A DNA stretch of 64,000 nt from Podarcis filfolensis (Eukaryota): assembly GCA_964270895.1 (NCBI GenBank), contig OZ185435.1; one strand, given 5' to 3'. Both the position numbers and the translations under genes were made by a program. The notes beneath the pieces are model-generated. The model had not been told where the DNA came from. It did no database searches and saw only the letters and a list, made by a program, of their open reading frames with translations. This document shows, one piece after another, positions 38,766 through 50,557 of this stretch. Each line of letters begins with the position of its first letter. The stretch's first letter is position 1.

Positions 38766-40047
38766 TGTTTTTCTAAACCTGTCAGGAGGCTAAAGATCAA
38801 CCACCCAGTAGCTGCAGAGCTGGAGAAAGCTGATGTGCTTCCATTGCCCTTTACTGGCTTCAGGCTGTAGGGAGATCAGAGAGAGACGTTGGTTTGTCCT
38901 TTACCTCATGCTGCATTTCAAACATACAGCAGAACGTTAAAACGCTCTTTGTTAGTCACCCATCAGTCAGACAAAGCCATTCACAATAATATTTATTGAC
39001 AATCAAATTTGTAATGCTACACATTATTTCATTATTTCTTTTGTTTAGAGCACTGTGTAAGTATAAATAAAATGTGGGATAGGTGTACTGGTGAATCAAC
39101 CATTTGTTCAGCTAGCTGACTAGTCAGACCAGTCCCCCCCCCATTTAAATTAATTCTTCCTGTCAAGTTTTCTGATGAGTCTCTCATCCCCAGTTCACCA
39201 GCAGTCCAGTCATAGTCATTTAGAGGGTGTTAAGACTAGCAGAAGAGTTTGAGGATGGAGAGGAAAATAGATCACCTTGTTAAGATTAAAGCAATAACTG
39301 AAGACAGATTCTCTGAAAATCTAGGCTGGGAAATAGTAATGCTGAATAATTTAGCGAATGCATGATTCAGTTCAAATTACTCAACCAGTCCAAGAGCTCA
39401 GTTATATTTATGTTGAGGCTTAATTTTTAAGACGGGCAGAGCACTCTGTCTGTAATTCACTGGTGAGGATGCATTTACGGTGCTGTGGTCACTTTGGGGC
39501 GCCAAAGTTCAAGAGAGAGATTGGCAAATGGGAGGAGATTCAGGGGATAGTACAAACATTGATAAAGCATTTGGAACAGAAGGCATGTGATTAAATGCTA
39601 TAGGAACTGGATAGGTTTAAGGCGGGGGGGGGGGGAATGAAGGACTTGATTGAGATGATGAGTTAAGAGAAAAACCTAAAAGGCATATGATGTAATTCCA
39701 CTGTTAACAGTAAGTGGATCTGGCTCCTCAGGGAAACCATATGTAAGCCATTCTCCATTTTTGGAAGAATAGCAGGATATGTGTAGTTGTTTAATTCATA
39801 ATCAGAGCATTGTTTACAAGGGTCAGTGAATTCTGGGTAGGTTTGACGGCTAGCCAAAAGTTCTTAATCACCTGACAGTGTCTTGCTCCTAACCTTCTGT
39901 ACCTTTGAAATGCAGCATGAGATCAAGGATAAACCAAAGTCTCTAAGATGAAGCCAGTGGAAGGAAGTGGAAACACACCAGCTTTCTGTGGCTCTGCAGC
40001 TGCTGGGTGGTTGATCTCCAGCCTACTGGCAAGTTTAGAAAAAAATA
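38766..40047. repeat. Pair of ~165-bp diverged inverted repeats (38766-38930 and 39893-40047)
   Basis: tttttctaaacctgtcaggaggctaaagatcaaccacccagtagctgcagagc...ctcatgctgcatttcaaa aligns with the reverse complement of 39893-40047. Confidence 0.8.
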
Positions 40048-40149
40048 TTTCCATCCATGTTTGGGGGTGGGGAAAGAGCAGGGGTGATCCTTCCTGCTTT
40101 TCAGCTCCACTGTTGGAAAGAAGCCTCCGGCTTGCGGCACTCTCTAGAG

Positions 40150-40772
40150 CCGTGGTTCCCAACATGGGGCACATGCCCCACAGGGGGGCAATTTGATTTT
40201 TAGGGGGGGGCAATTCGAGAATGAGTTATTAACAGTTAATGGCCTTTGGGCTTCCTCCATGTGAACAGGAGTTCACTTTTTGAATAGGTAAAAGGTAAAG
40301 GACCCTGGATGGTTAAGTCCAGTCAAAGGCGACTATGGGGGTTGCAGTGCTGATCTCGCTTTCAGGCCGAGGGAGACGGCGTTTGTCCACAGACAACTTT
40401 CTGGGTCATGTGGCCAGCATGACTAAACCGCTTCTGGTGCAATGGAATACCATGATGGAAATCAGAGCACACGGAAACGCTGTTTACCTTCCCACTGCAG
40501 TGGTACCTATTTATCTACTTGCATTGGCGTGCTTTTGAACTGCTAGGTTAGCAGGAGCTGGGACAGAGCAACAGGAGCTCATCCCATCAAGGGGATTCAA
40601 ACTGCCAACCTTCTGATCAGCAAGCCCAAGAGGCTCAGTGGTTTAGATCACAGTGCCACCCAGGTTCCCACTTTTTGAATAATAAGAATTATATGTAATG
40701 GGGGCGGGGGGTCGGTCAGGATTTTAGTGATGCTTAGGTGGGGCATGGCCCAAAAAAGGTTGGGAACCACTG
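40150..40772. mobile_element. hAT (Charlie-like) MITE containing a Sauria SINE
   Basis: TIRs C(A)GTGGTTCCCAAC / GTTGGGAACCACTG; TSD not retained. Confidence 0.8.
40287..40668 (-). mobile_element. Full-length Sauria SINE (second subfamily)
   Basis: (ACCTTT) tail and tRNA-like head; 13-bp TSD CACTTTTTGAATA (40274-40286, 40669-40681). Confidence 0.95.
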
Positions 40773-42363
40773 CAAGTCTTGTTGATCCCTCTGCATAGTG
40801 AGGCTGGCAAACAAGACTGCTGCTCATGTATCTAAAAGTCTTGCATTAAAAAGAGGGAACAACTGTATTGAGGCCTCATCCTATGGATGTCTGTGCAAGG
40901 CAAAAGCCCAGAAGATCTGGATTCAGTGTTGTGACATGCTATTCCCTTCTACTAATACATACCTTGCTGTCCTGTCTCAGACCAATGGAACTGCATTTGT
41001 GCAAGACTTATGTCAACAGTGTTGTTTGTATTAGACGGGTCTTTCACCCACTGTTTACGTCCATGCTCTTGGGCAACCAAATGATTATCAATATTAATTT
41101 GAAAATATCAGCATAGAGTCCCAGAGCCCCAATTACCTGTCTGGCTACACTTCTTTTATGTAGTATGCCAGCAAGTCTGCACTAGTTGTAGCAATGACTC
41201 CCTGCACATCAGATAAGCTGCAAAAAGCAGGAAGTCATGCAGTCTAGTCCACAAGGTGGGTTCATCATGCACATTATCAACTCAAGGACAGGATAAAGTC
41301 ACATCAGCTCAGCAACAGAATGCCAAAAGCACAAGGTGTTTTGCACAAGGATCTTAGCAGAGCAGGTAACTTAAGCAAGTCAGAAAGATGGGAAAGGATA
41401 CAGATTTAAATTGCAGCCATATAGCTTTAGGAAAGGTTAAAGGAAATCTTAAAACAGAGATTATGATCTAATAAATTTGTGAAGTATCCTTCCCTGAGGG
41501 TTTATAAAAGGATACCAAACAAGCAAGTGAAATGTTTCCAAGTATAGGATTAGACAATATGACTTTTATAATGCATTTTATTTTGTGTTTTTTATGATCA
41601 GATGGATCAGTTGGTGGCAATGTTAGAGCCTCCATTCTCTATGAAAAATACAGCATTAACTTCCACTAAAAGAAAATACTTCTTTAAATAATTTAAAAAG
41701 TGATGAATGTTTTAAGAATACTTTCATTTATGTGCAGCATCTGTGAAAGCTGACAAACCAATTGCACCAGAAGAAGGAAGGTGTCCTCATATAACAGGCC
41801 ACTTTGGGTTTTGACGTGCCTTACAAGCCCATCTTTGAAGCCAAAATAAGAAAATGTGTTTTCCAACACTTTGCTTCATTCAGAATGCTGTCTTCAGACT
41901 GTCACTATTTTGTGAGAGGGAATCTAGCGTATACTGGAACTTCAGATTTGGGCAGTTCTGTTGCCCTAGCACAAAAGAAATCCACTTTAGAAAAGAATCA
42001 GATTTTTTTTGTGTGTGTGTGGTTTGGAAAGTGATGGGGAAACAAACTAAAAAGTGTGGGATGAACCACTGGGAAGTGGAATAAATACAAGATGAATGCA
42101 GGAGAAGTGTTCATTGTATAACCACCCTGCAAACCAACTAGAACAGATGCTACATAAAGACCAGTAAATTGGGATGAATGTTCAATAAGCAGGCCGTATG
42201 GAGGGACTCGTACACAAGACATTGGAATTAGGGAGCCCTGCTCAGAGGGTACTCCTGTTGGTTGGAAAAGGGTGCAGCTTTTGCCAACTCCCAGTCAAGA
42301 CCACACACCTCCTCCCATATTGCAGACCCTCTGGAACAATGTGGCAGTGGTGTTGGGGGCTGT

Positions 42364-42603
42364 AATAATAATAATTTTAAATAATAATTTATTACTTGTA
42401 CCTTGCACATCTGGCCGGGCCTCCCCAGCCACTCTAGGCGGCTTCCAACAGGATATTAAAAACACAATAAAACTTCAAACATTAAAAACTTCCTTAAACA
42501 GGGCTGCCTTCAGATGTCTTCTAAAAGTCAGATAGTTGTTTATTTCTTTGACATCTGATGGGAGGGCATTCCACAGGGCGGGCGCCACTACCGAGAAGGC
42601 CCT
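42364..42603 (-). mobile_element. L2 3' end
   Basis: (ATA)n tail plus cagggctgccttcagatgtcttctaaaagtcag...; same family as 33249-33679. Confidence 0.88.
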
Positions 42604-42799
42604 GTAGTGGCAGAGAGGAATTGGCAAGCATTCCCTCTCACCACTAGCAGTATCACTATGGTGGATTGCAAAATGTTTGTGGATGGAAGATGCTTGATCC
42701 AATAAAATATCTCAAACAGGCTTCAAAATAAGTGTGGCATCCATTCTACATTCATAAGGTCCTGGCATTCACTGCCTTTCTGCACCACCCACACGGAGC

Positions 42800-43350
42800 A
42801 GTGTTCTTGGGTCCTTCAAGGACTAGAGCAAATTCCTTATTTCGTGCCACATCTTTAGAGAAGATGCCTTCCGCCCTGTTCTGCTGCCATTGCATGGAGC
42901 TGTACAGGAAATCATGCACAGGAATACCACCCTCCGTTTACACATGTTCTGTGTGCCATCCCCAAATGGGGATGTGCTGTTCTGCTTTCAGCTGAAGAAC
43001 ATTTCTCCATACCACACAAGTAGCTGCGGGCTTCAAGCTTCTCAGATTCTTGATGGCTCCCATCCAAAGGTTTCTTATGACAGCTAGAAATCTCTTCATG
43101 TCCCTTGGATCTTCTTGCACTCCCACAAAGAGCCACCTGCTCCATTTTGGAGCACACTGGGATTAGCTGAGTGACAAAAGCAATTATTCTGCAGTAGATG
43201 AATGGGTTTTCGTGAACAATTGGCAAACATAAAAGAAGGACTTGTACTGTCGCCGTAACTAGAGATGTGTGAATTCCTACTTCACGATCCCATGCATAGC
43301 CCAAATCTGTCCCTTGTCCCATTAGAGACATACAGAAGTAGGATTTTTTG
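42800..43350 (-). mobile_element. Possible decayed DIRS/Ngaro (RNase H region) relic
   Basis: Minus translation ...WRNVLQLKAEQHIPIWG resembles the L.A.HIPG..N..AD motif; very diverged. Confidence 0.3.
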
Positions 43351-44066
43351 CTCTCTGAATATTTACTGACCAGTATTATTAACATTTTCATCCATCCCCA
43401 CCCCTAGGTCTGGTACTAAGCTGCTAGTTGTGTTGCTCATTGCAACTCCCTCATGTCACAAGTTTCCAGAGTGATTGCCTACAAAACAATAAGGGACATT
43501 TAGTGATTTCTGTTTTGCCCACCTCTAAATGGTACAGTCTGCCATTATGGGAGAACCAGCTCATGTATGGTGACCATGCCTGCAAATTGCATCCATTTAT
43601 GACACAGCAAATGTCACAGACTTTTTCTTTAACAGCAGAACAACCCCCCCCCCCAACAAAACTTTAATGAAAATGCTGGAAGGATCTGCTAGCAATTTAG
43701 CAGGTTTAATCCCTCTGGAGGAACTCCTTTGCCTGCAAATTTCATACACTTATGTGAAAAGGAAAGAAGTTATACCCATTTTTAGATCCCCCATGGGAAG
43801 AGCGAGCTCGAGATTTAACAACGCTGATTCAGACCCTAATAACAACTCAAATTAGAATGATACAGTGCTACAGATACAAGGCAAATCTTGTGGCCAGTGC
43901 ACACCCCTATCTTTTATTAAGTAGATATCTGACATATTCCCTTTTGTTTGGAGAATGGGACTTTTTACTTGGCCAAGTATAGGTGGTTTGTTGCTATAGT
44001 AGCTAATTGTTAAAGATGTCACATGGAAGCAGCTGCATCAGAATAATGTTGTTACAGTAATATATA

Positions 44067-44087
44067 TATATATATATCTGTAGAACT
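44067..44087. repeat. (TA)n microsatellite
   Basis: atatatatatatatatat. Confidence 0.9.
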
Positions 44088-44210
44088 CAAGACTGTTAAT
44101 TAATTTGCCATGAAAACTGATGGTGCATATAAGATGGGAGGGCCAAATTTAGGATGCCAGAATATTCCAAACTCATACATAAATTAGAATTTAGATAATT
44201 TCTCTGAGAT

Positions 44211-44686
44211 CATAGAATCATAGAATCATAGAGTTGGAAGAGACCACAAGGGCCATCGAGTCCAACCCCCTGCCAAGCAGGAAACACCATCAGAGCACTC
44301 CTGACATATGGTTGTCAAGCCTCTGCTTAAAGACCTCCAAAGAAGGAGACTCCACCACACTCCTTGGCAGCAAATTCCACTGTCGAACAGCTCTTACTGT
44401 CAGGAAGTTCTTCCTAATGTTTAGGTGGAATCTTCTTTCTTGTAGTTTGGATCCATTGCTCCGTGTCCGCTTCTCTGGAGCAGCAGAAAACAACCTTTCT
44501 CCCTCCTCTATGTGACATCCTTTTATATATTTGAACATGGCTATCATATCACCCCTTAACCTCCTCTTCTCCAGGCTAAACATGCCCAGCTCCCTTAGCC
44601 GTTCCTCATAAGGCATCGTTTCCAGGCCTTTGACCATTTTGGTTGCCCTCCTCTGGACACGTTCCAGTTTGTCAGTGTCCTTCTTG
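44211..44686 (-). mobile_element. Young CR1 3' end, same family as 11291-12449
   Basis: Intact C-terminal [17 protein letters not shown]...HMSGVL; tail (catagaat)2catagag. Confidence 0.97.
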
Positions 44687-45373
44687 ATCCCGAGGGTTAA
44701 CCTTAGTTATCCTCTGAAGGTATCTTTCCATATATTGCAGTGGCTTGAGCTACTTGGTATGGATTTGCAAGACTGAGAAACAACTTAAACAATTTTCATT
44801 ATTTTAGCTATTTACTTGGGAGTAAAAAAGAAGAAGTGGTCTTTCCACATGAGGTTTTATCAAGAAGTTCCAGTGCACTTCTGGATATTGATTTATTGCC
44901 GCTTAGACGTAGCTAACATTTCAAGTAATCCATACTGGTTTAAATTTACATTGGGTCTTTTAATAAAACCACTCGCACCCTGGGGATTTTTCAAAGGGAT
45001 AAACACCCAAGATTAATCAGCCTAGGCACAGTATGTCGTTAACGTTTAAGCACTGTTCATTGCATGTATTTGTGTGTGTGTGTGCGCGCGTGTGCGTTTT
45101 AATAAAATGAACACAACTCTTTAGCCTCCGTATTAAATAGCCATTGAACAAATACTTCATTCAGGACACAATCCTATGGTTCTATGGAGAGAATCCCGGG
45201 GATCATAGAAGTTTCTGGATCTCCTTCCCTATAGGTGGAAAGGGATATCTGTGGGTGGGGCCAGAGGTCCACTCATAAAACATTATTTGTGCGACTTTGA
45301 ACATGTGATTATGGCTGCACTGTTGGTAAATGAGAGCAGAAGGAAGGGGAAAGGAGTGTGTCAGGGACATATC

Positions 45374-45404
45374 TATATGTGTGTGTGTGTGTGTGTGTGC
45401 GCAC

Positions 45405-45436
<32 letters not shown>

Positions 45437-45448
45437 GCGTGCATGTGT
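45374..45448. repeat. Compound (TG)n-(GC)n-(CA)n alternating purine-pyrimidine tract
   Basis: About 75 bp of uninterrupted Y/R alternation; the (TG) and (CA) arms are mutually complementary. Confidence 0.95.
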
Positions 45449-45649
45449 TTAGAAGGTTGTCCCTGTTCCAGAACATGACAGCCCTAAACTTGCATAATCA
45501 GAATGAAAGACTTTATCTGCCATTCATCTGGAAGTAGAATCACTGTGGCAAAGTGGAATAAGATGCTGAGTTTAGATTCTGGTATGCTCTTGAGTAGAAC
45601 ATGTATGACCTTGAAATAAATTAAAAAATTGTCCAGTAGCACCACTGGG

Positions 45650-45682
45650 TATAAGCTTTCATGTGCATGTACACTTCTTCAG
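45650..45682 (-). ncRNA. Hammerhead core, inverted copy (core intact, stem I 5' strand lost)
   Basis: rc tCTGAAGAagtgtacatgcacatGAAAgcTTatac. Confidence 0.6.
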
Positions 45683-45938
45683 AAGCAAGGGATAGTATGG
45701 AAAGACCTGGTCTGAATAGAGATATTGTATTCTTTTCTCATTACATATGCTAAAGCTATTTTTGGTCATCTGCATACTATCCCTTGCTTTTTCCGGTAGG
45801 AGTAATTGCAGTCATTAACAGTCGTCAACAGGTTTACCATACCCATTGAGTCAATCACCCATCTCCTACTACCATTCTGAGAAAAACCCCACCCCACCCT
45901 CCCACTATATATAAGGGTCTGGTGACTTCTGTTTCAGT

Positions 45939-45976
45939 GTATCTGAAGAAGTGTGCATGCACACCAAAGCTTATAC
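45939..45976 (+). ncRNA. Minimal type I hammerhead ribozyme motif (degenerate, GAAA>CAAA)
   Basis: gtat-CTGAAGA-a-gtgtgc/at/gcacac-CAAA-gc-TT-atac: stem I gtat/atac, stem II hairpin, palindromic minimal stem III. Confidence 0.7.
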
Positions 45977-48000
45977 CCAGAACAATCTTAGTTGGTCTCT
46001 AAGGTGCTACTGGACTATTTTTTTATTATTATTCATTTCTACTGTGTCAGACCAACACGGCTACCTAGCTGAATGTATGGCCTTGGTCAAACCAAATCAC
46101 CATCTTCATCACAACATCTTGCAGGCTCGTTGTGAAGATATGTGTGTGAAGAGAGACAACATAATATAGTTGTTAGAATGTCAAACTAGAACTAAGGAGA
46201 CCTAATAATAGATCTTAGCCAGGGCAGAATGATTTCTTTTGCTGTTTCAAAAGAACACAACAAGCTAAGCATCCATTTTCCCCAAGTGGATGTCTTGCAT
46301 TTGTTGTGGAAGTTGTGAAAAGATGTTTAAAACAGACTGTTCCTCTAGCAAAGCCACTATGATTTTGACCTACCATTAGCTAGGCAAATCTAACAGTTCA
46401 CATTAATATCTGTGTCTGCTTGCTAAATATCAAAACAATTACATAATAGAATGCCAGTGGTGTCTCTGTACTTTATCTGCAGCAGTGACATAACTGCCTT
46501 TATGCAGCTCACTGAAATTGGAGATTTATTGCTTCTTCTTTTTTCAAAGGGCCATTACCATGTAATTTTAACTTACTCTTATTAAAGGGCTTACATCATA
46601 AGCAATTACTGGAGAAAACCTTGGAGCATAGATTTATTCAAAATTTTATAGCATGATTAATTTGAGTGTGATGCCATACATAAATCACATCTGAAGGAAA
46701 TGAGAATCCACCAAGGCCAGATCCTGTTATCCTTTGTTCTGTAGCGTGTGCCAGTGAAATCATTGGGGGTGTCTGTGGAGTAAAACAAACTCCACAAACG
46801 CTTTTGTATGATCCTACAGTCCTATTCCTAATTACAGTACTTGCCTTGGAGAAAGCCACATTGAATTCAATGAGATTTACTTCTGAGTAGGCATGTATAG
46901 GACTGCACAGCAAAAGTTGCAGGACCTTCCAAAATATTCATATAATCAAGGGTGGGAATTTAATATTAACATAAAGTGACCTGGAAGAAGGAGAAGGGCA
47001 GTGTGTTTTGAATGAAGACAAAAAGCAATCTGTACAGTACTCACTAAATTCATGCATGTTTAGAATTTGATCTGGAATGAGCCGAGAAAAATACTTTTAA
47101 ATTCACTCTAAAATTGGTTGCATTCACAAACAATTCAATGTATATTTGAGTTGATTAAGTGATTCCACAAATGCATATTGAACATCAACTGAAAAAGCAT
47201 TGGAGGGGAAAGGTACATTCATACATTCTGTGGGCCTTTTGATACAGGCATATGATATATTGGAATAAGGAGAATTCAGCATAACAAAGGTCCATCACTA
47301 GTGAAGAATAATAAGCCTTCTGCACAAAGATATAATTTTATCATAACAAAGTACAATAAATTCTGCTTTCGTTTCACATTTCTAGCCTTGCTTACACAGC
47401 TGTCCCAGCTCATAATTGCTACTTGGTACATCTCTATATTCAACCACTTCCATTTTAGCCGCCAATCACAAAGCCAACATGTTCCACTATGACATCCATC
47501 TGCAGTATATCTCTCTTTAAATAGTGGCTGATCTGCAGGCAGGAAGCAGTGATGAAAGCTGACAATATGGATTTAATAATTCAGCATGCAAAATAATCTG
47601 CTGTCCAGTGAAAAATTGGGATTTCAGGTGTCTCTTTTTTATTTCATGCCATGCATTGGTTCCATCTGATTTTAAATTGCATTCTATCTACTATTCCAAC
47701 ATATATATCCTGTCATCTGCATTTGAATGAATCACCTACTTACATAATGTAATATTCAACAGAAGAAACCAATTCAGTCTTGCAGAAATATTTCCTCCTG
47801 TATTTTCAACATGTAGAATTTGAAAGGTAATTGCACAGCCCTTAAAATGACATATTGCCATTTTATTCGAAATAAAGGAAAGGCTCGATCCTTTGAGTAA
47901 ATCTACTTAACATAAATGAAGTATTTTAAGGGAATGATCCTTTGCGTTAAGTACAACTTTTCAGGTTTGAACCCTATGTATTGATTTTCTCAACACTCAC

Positions 48001-48056
48001 CAGTTCTTGAACAAACACGGCACTCAGCAATGCTGTGGTCACAAATTTCCTGAACA
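48001..48056 (-). CDS. Candidate 56-nt internal exon (VQEICDHSIAECRVCSRT or FRKFVTTALLSAVFVQEL)
   Basis: Acceptor ctttatttcattttag and consensus donor ctg|GTGAGT; lies in a 2.7-kb TE-free island; two open frames; protein not recognised. Confidence 0.4.
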
Positions 48057-49003
48057 CTAAAATGAAATAAAGACAGTAGAGTGAAATAGAACGCCCATAT
48101 TTGGCACCAGTTCAAAACCAGATGCCTGTTGGTTGTGGCTCTTGTCATGACATGATTTTTATATGTTCAGGTCAGAATTCTGGTGAATGTTGACCTTTGC
48201 ATTCAATTCATATAAGGTGAGATTTTCTGGTAAATGTCTGATTCTGTAATGGGAAAATGTTGATAAAATTTCTCTGTTCTCAGCTGCTCTCAGTGGCAAA
48301 TGTTGCTAACGTCAGTTTGCATCTAGAGACATGGCCTTCTGCAAATAGCAGGATTCCTTCCGTTTGTGGAAGAAGCTCTGATCTAGTGGAAAGTTCCACT
48401 GGAGGCGGCGGCAAGGGTGGTGATCTTTGCTGATTCCACTTTCCCTTGGCAGCCCCCACTGCCACCTATCATGCTGTTTCAAAGGGTCTCCCAATCCTCT
48501 GGCTTTTCAGGATCCACAGAAGGCTGAAGGGAGAGTCCGCAAAAATTGTCTCTCCCGCTTCCTCCTGTGACACACCCTGTGAACAGAACTCCACTCATGG
48601 GAGAGCAGGATCCAACCCATGACAATTTTCTAGGATTTCTTACTGGCTAAAAAGATAGTAACAACTGGTAGATGTCAACAGCCACCAAATATGTATAAAT
48701 TATGCTTATTTAACTTTAACTTGTCAAGTCAGTTTTGTTTTAACTCATAATATATAAATGTCTCCATCTTTTAAGCAATGCTTTCACTTCAAGTGATCTG
48801 TTTTTCTGCTTTACACCCATGAGACCCATTTTCTCTCTCTCCCTGACATAAATGGGAATATTGGCAGCAAACTTTGTGACACAATCAGCTTGGGCCTATT
48901 ATTCTCACGCTGTAAACAAAACACAACAATACATGTAAAGTTTTACGATTATTTACTGCTTGCTTCCTAGGACCATAAATATAAGATGTTGAGTAATTAA
49001 TTG

Positions 49004-50227
49004 CTTAAAATTCTACAAGGCAGGCTCAAGCAGTATGCGGACCAAGAACTCCCAGAAGTGCAAGCGGGATTTAGCAGAGGAACCAGAGACCAAATTGCAA
49101 ACATGCGCTGGATTATGGAGAAAGCTAGAGAGTTCCAGAAAGACATCTACTTCTGCTTCATTGACTATGCAAAAGCCTTTGACTGTGTCGACCACAGCAA
49201 ACTATGGCAAGTTCTTAAAGAAATGGGAGTGCCTGATCACCTCATCTGTCTCCTGAGAAATCTCTATGTGGGACAAGAAGCTACAGTTAGAACTGGATAT
49301 GGAACAACTGATTGGTTCAAAATTGGGAAAGGAGTACGGCAAGGCTGTATATTGTCTCCCTGCTTATTTAACTTATATGCAGAATTCATCATGCGAAAGG
49401 CTGGGCTGGATGAATCCCAAGCTGGAATTAAGATTGCCGGAAGAAATATCAACAATCTCAGATATGCAGATGACACAACCTCGATCGCAGAAAGTGAGGA
49501 GGAATTAAAGAGCCTTTCAATGAGGGTGAAAGAGGAGAGCGCAAAATATGGTCTGATCCTCAACACCAAAAAAAATCACTGGTCTCATCACCTCCTGGCA
49601 AATAGAAGGGGAAGAAATGGAGGCAGTGAGAGATTTTACTTTCTTGGGCTCCATGATCACTGCAGATGGAGACAGCACCCACGAAATTAAAAGACGCCTG
49701 CTTCTTGGGAGAAAAGCAATGACAAACCTAGACAGCATCTTAAAAAGCAGAGACGTCACCTTGCCGACAAAGGTCTGTATAGTAAAAGCTATGGTTTTCC
49801 CTGTAGTGATGTATGGAAGTGAGAGCTGGACCATAAAGAAGGCTGATCGCCGAAGAATTGATGCTTTTGAATTATGGTGCTGGAGGAGACTCATGAGAGT
49901 CCCATGGACTGCAAGAAGATCAAACCTATCCATTCTTAAGGAAATCAGCCCTGAGTGCTCACTGGAAGGACAGATCGTGAAGCTGAGGCTCCAATACCTT
50001 GGCCACCTCATGAGAAGAGAAGACTCCCTGGAACAGACCCTGGTGTTGGGAAAGATTGAGGGCACAAGGAGAAGGGGACGACAGAGGATGAGATGGTTGG
50101 ATAGTGTTCTCAAAGCTACCAGCATGAGTTTGACCAAACTGCGGTAGGCAGTGGAAGACAGGAGTGCCTGGTGTGCTCTGGTCCATGGGGTCACGAAGAG
50201 TCGGACACGACTAAACGACTAAACAAC
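49004..50227 (+). mobile_element. Bov-B LINE, 5'-truncated (RT domain to tail)
   Basis: FIDYAKAFDCV, GVRQGCILSP and YADD motifs; small deletion/frameshift near 49570; tail acgactaaacgactaaacaac; 9-bp TSD AATTAATTG (48995-49003, 50228-50236). Confidence 0.97.
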
Positions 50228-50557
50228 AATTAATTGTCATTTTAAACTTTGGCCGATGCAGAAGCGTGTTCTGTATTAAAATGTGATATTAGGAAGGGAA
50301 CAAAAATGGGAGGAATGTTTTACTAGGTACCAAGTATTCACGTGAAATTTATTTTAACGGCCAACTATTTATAGGAAATGTAAACTAAAGATACAGCTAG
50401 AATAAAAATGCTTGACTTAACACATGGGCAGAGGTGAAGGAATGAAGAGAAGAAACTGGAGGAAACTAAGAGGATACACCACTTATTGACTGAGCTTTGT
50501 TGCAGTTTCTCAAAGTAGCAGAGACCAAGAAACTGGAGGGTGGAAAAGGCTCAAGTC

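Larger units (their letters stand above)
45620..46078. mobile_element. Penelope-like element remnant with inverted pLTR pieces
   Basis: Plus copy gtatctgaagaagtgtgcatgcacaccaaagcttatacccagaacaatcttagttggtctctaaggtgctactgg...agaccaacacggctacc; inverted partial copy at 45620-45682. Confidence 0.85.

Noticed and set aside
39170-39200. Isolated CTGATGA motifs here and at ~14915 and 36831
   Set aside because: No downstream stem II-GAAA and no PLE context, so not hammerheads.
41137-41217. 81-nt minus-strand segment with strong acceptor and cag|GTAATT donor
   Set aside because: All three frames contain stops.
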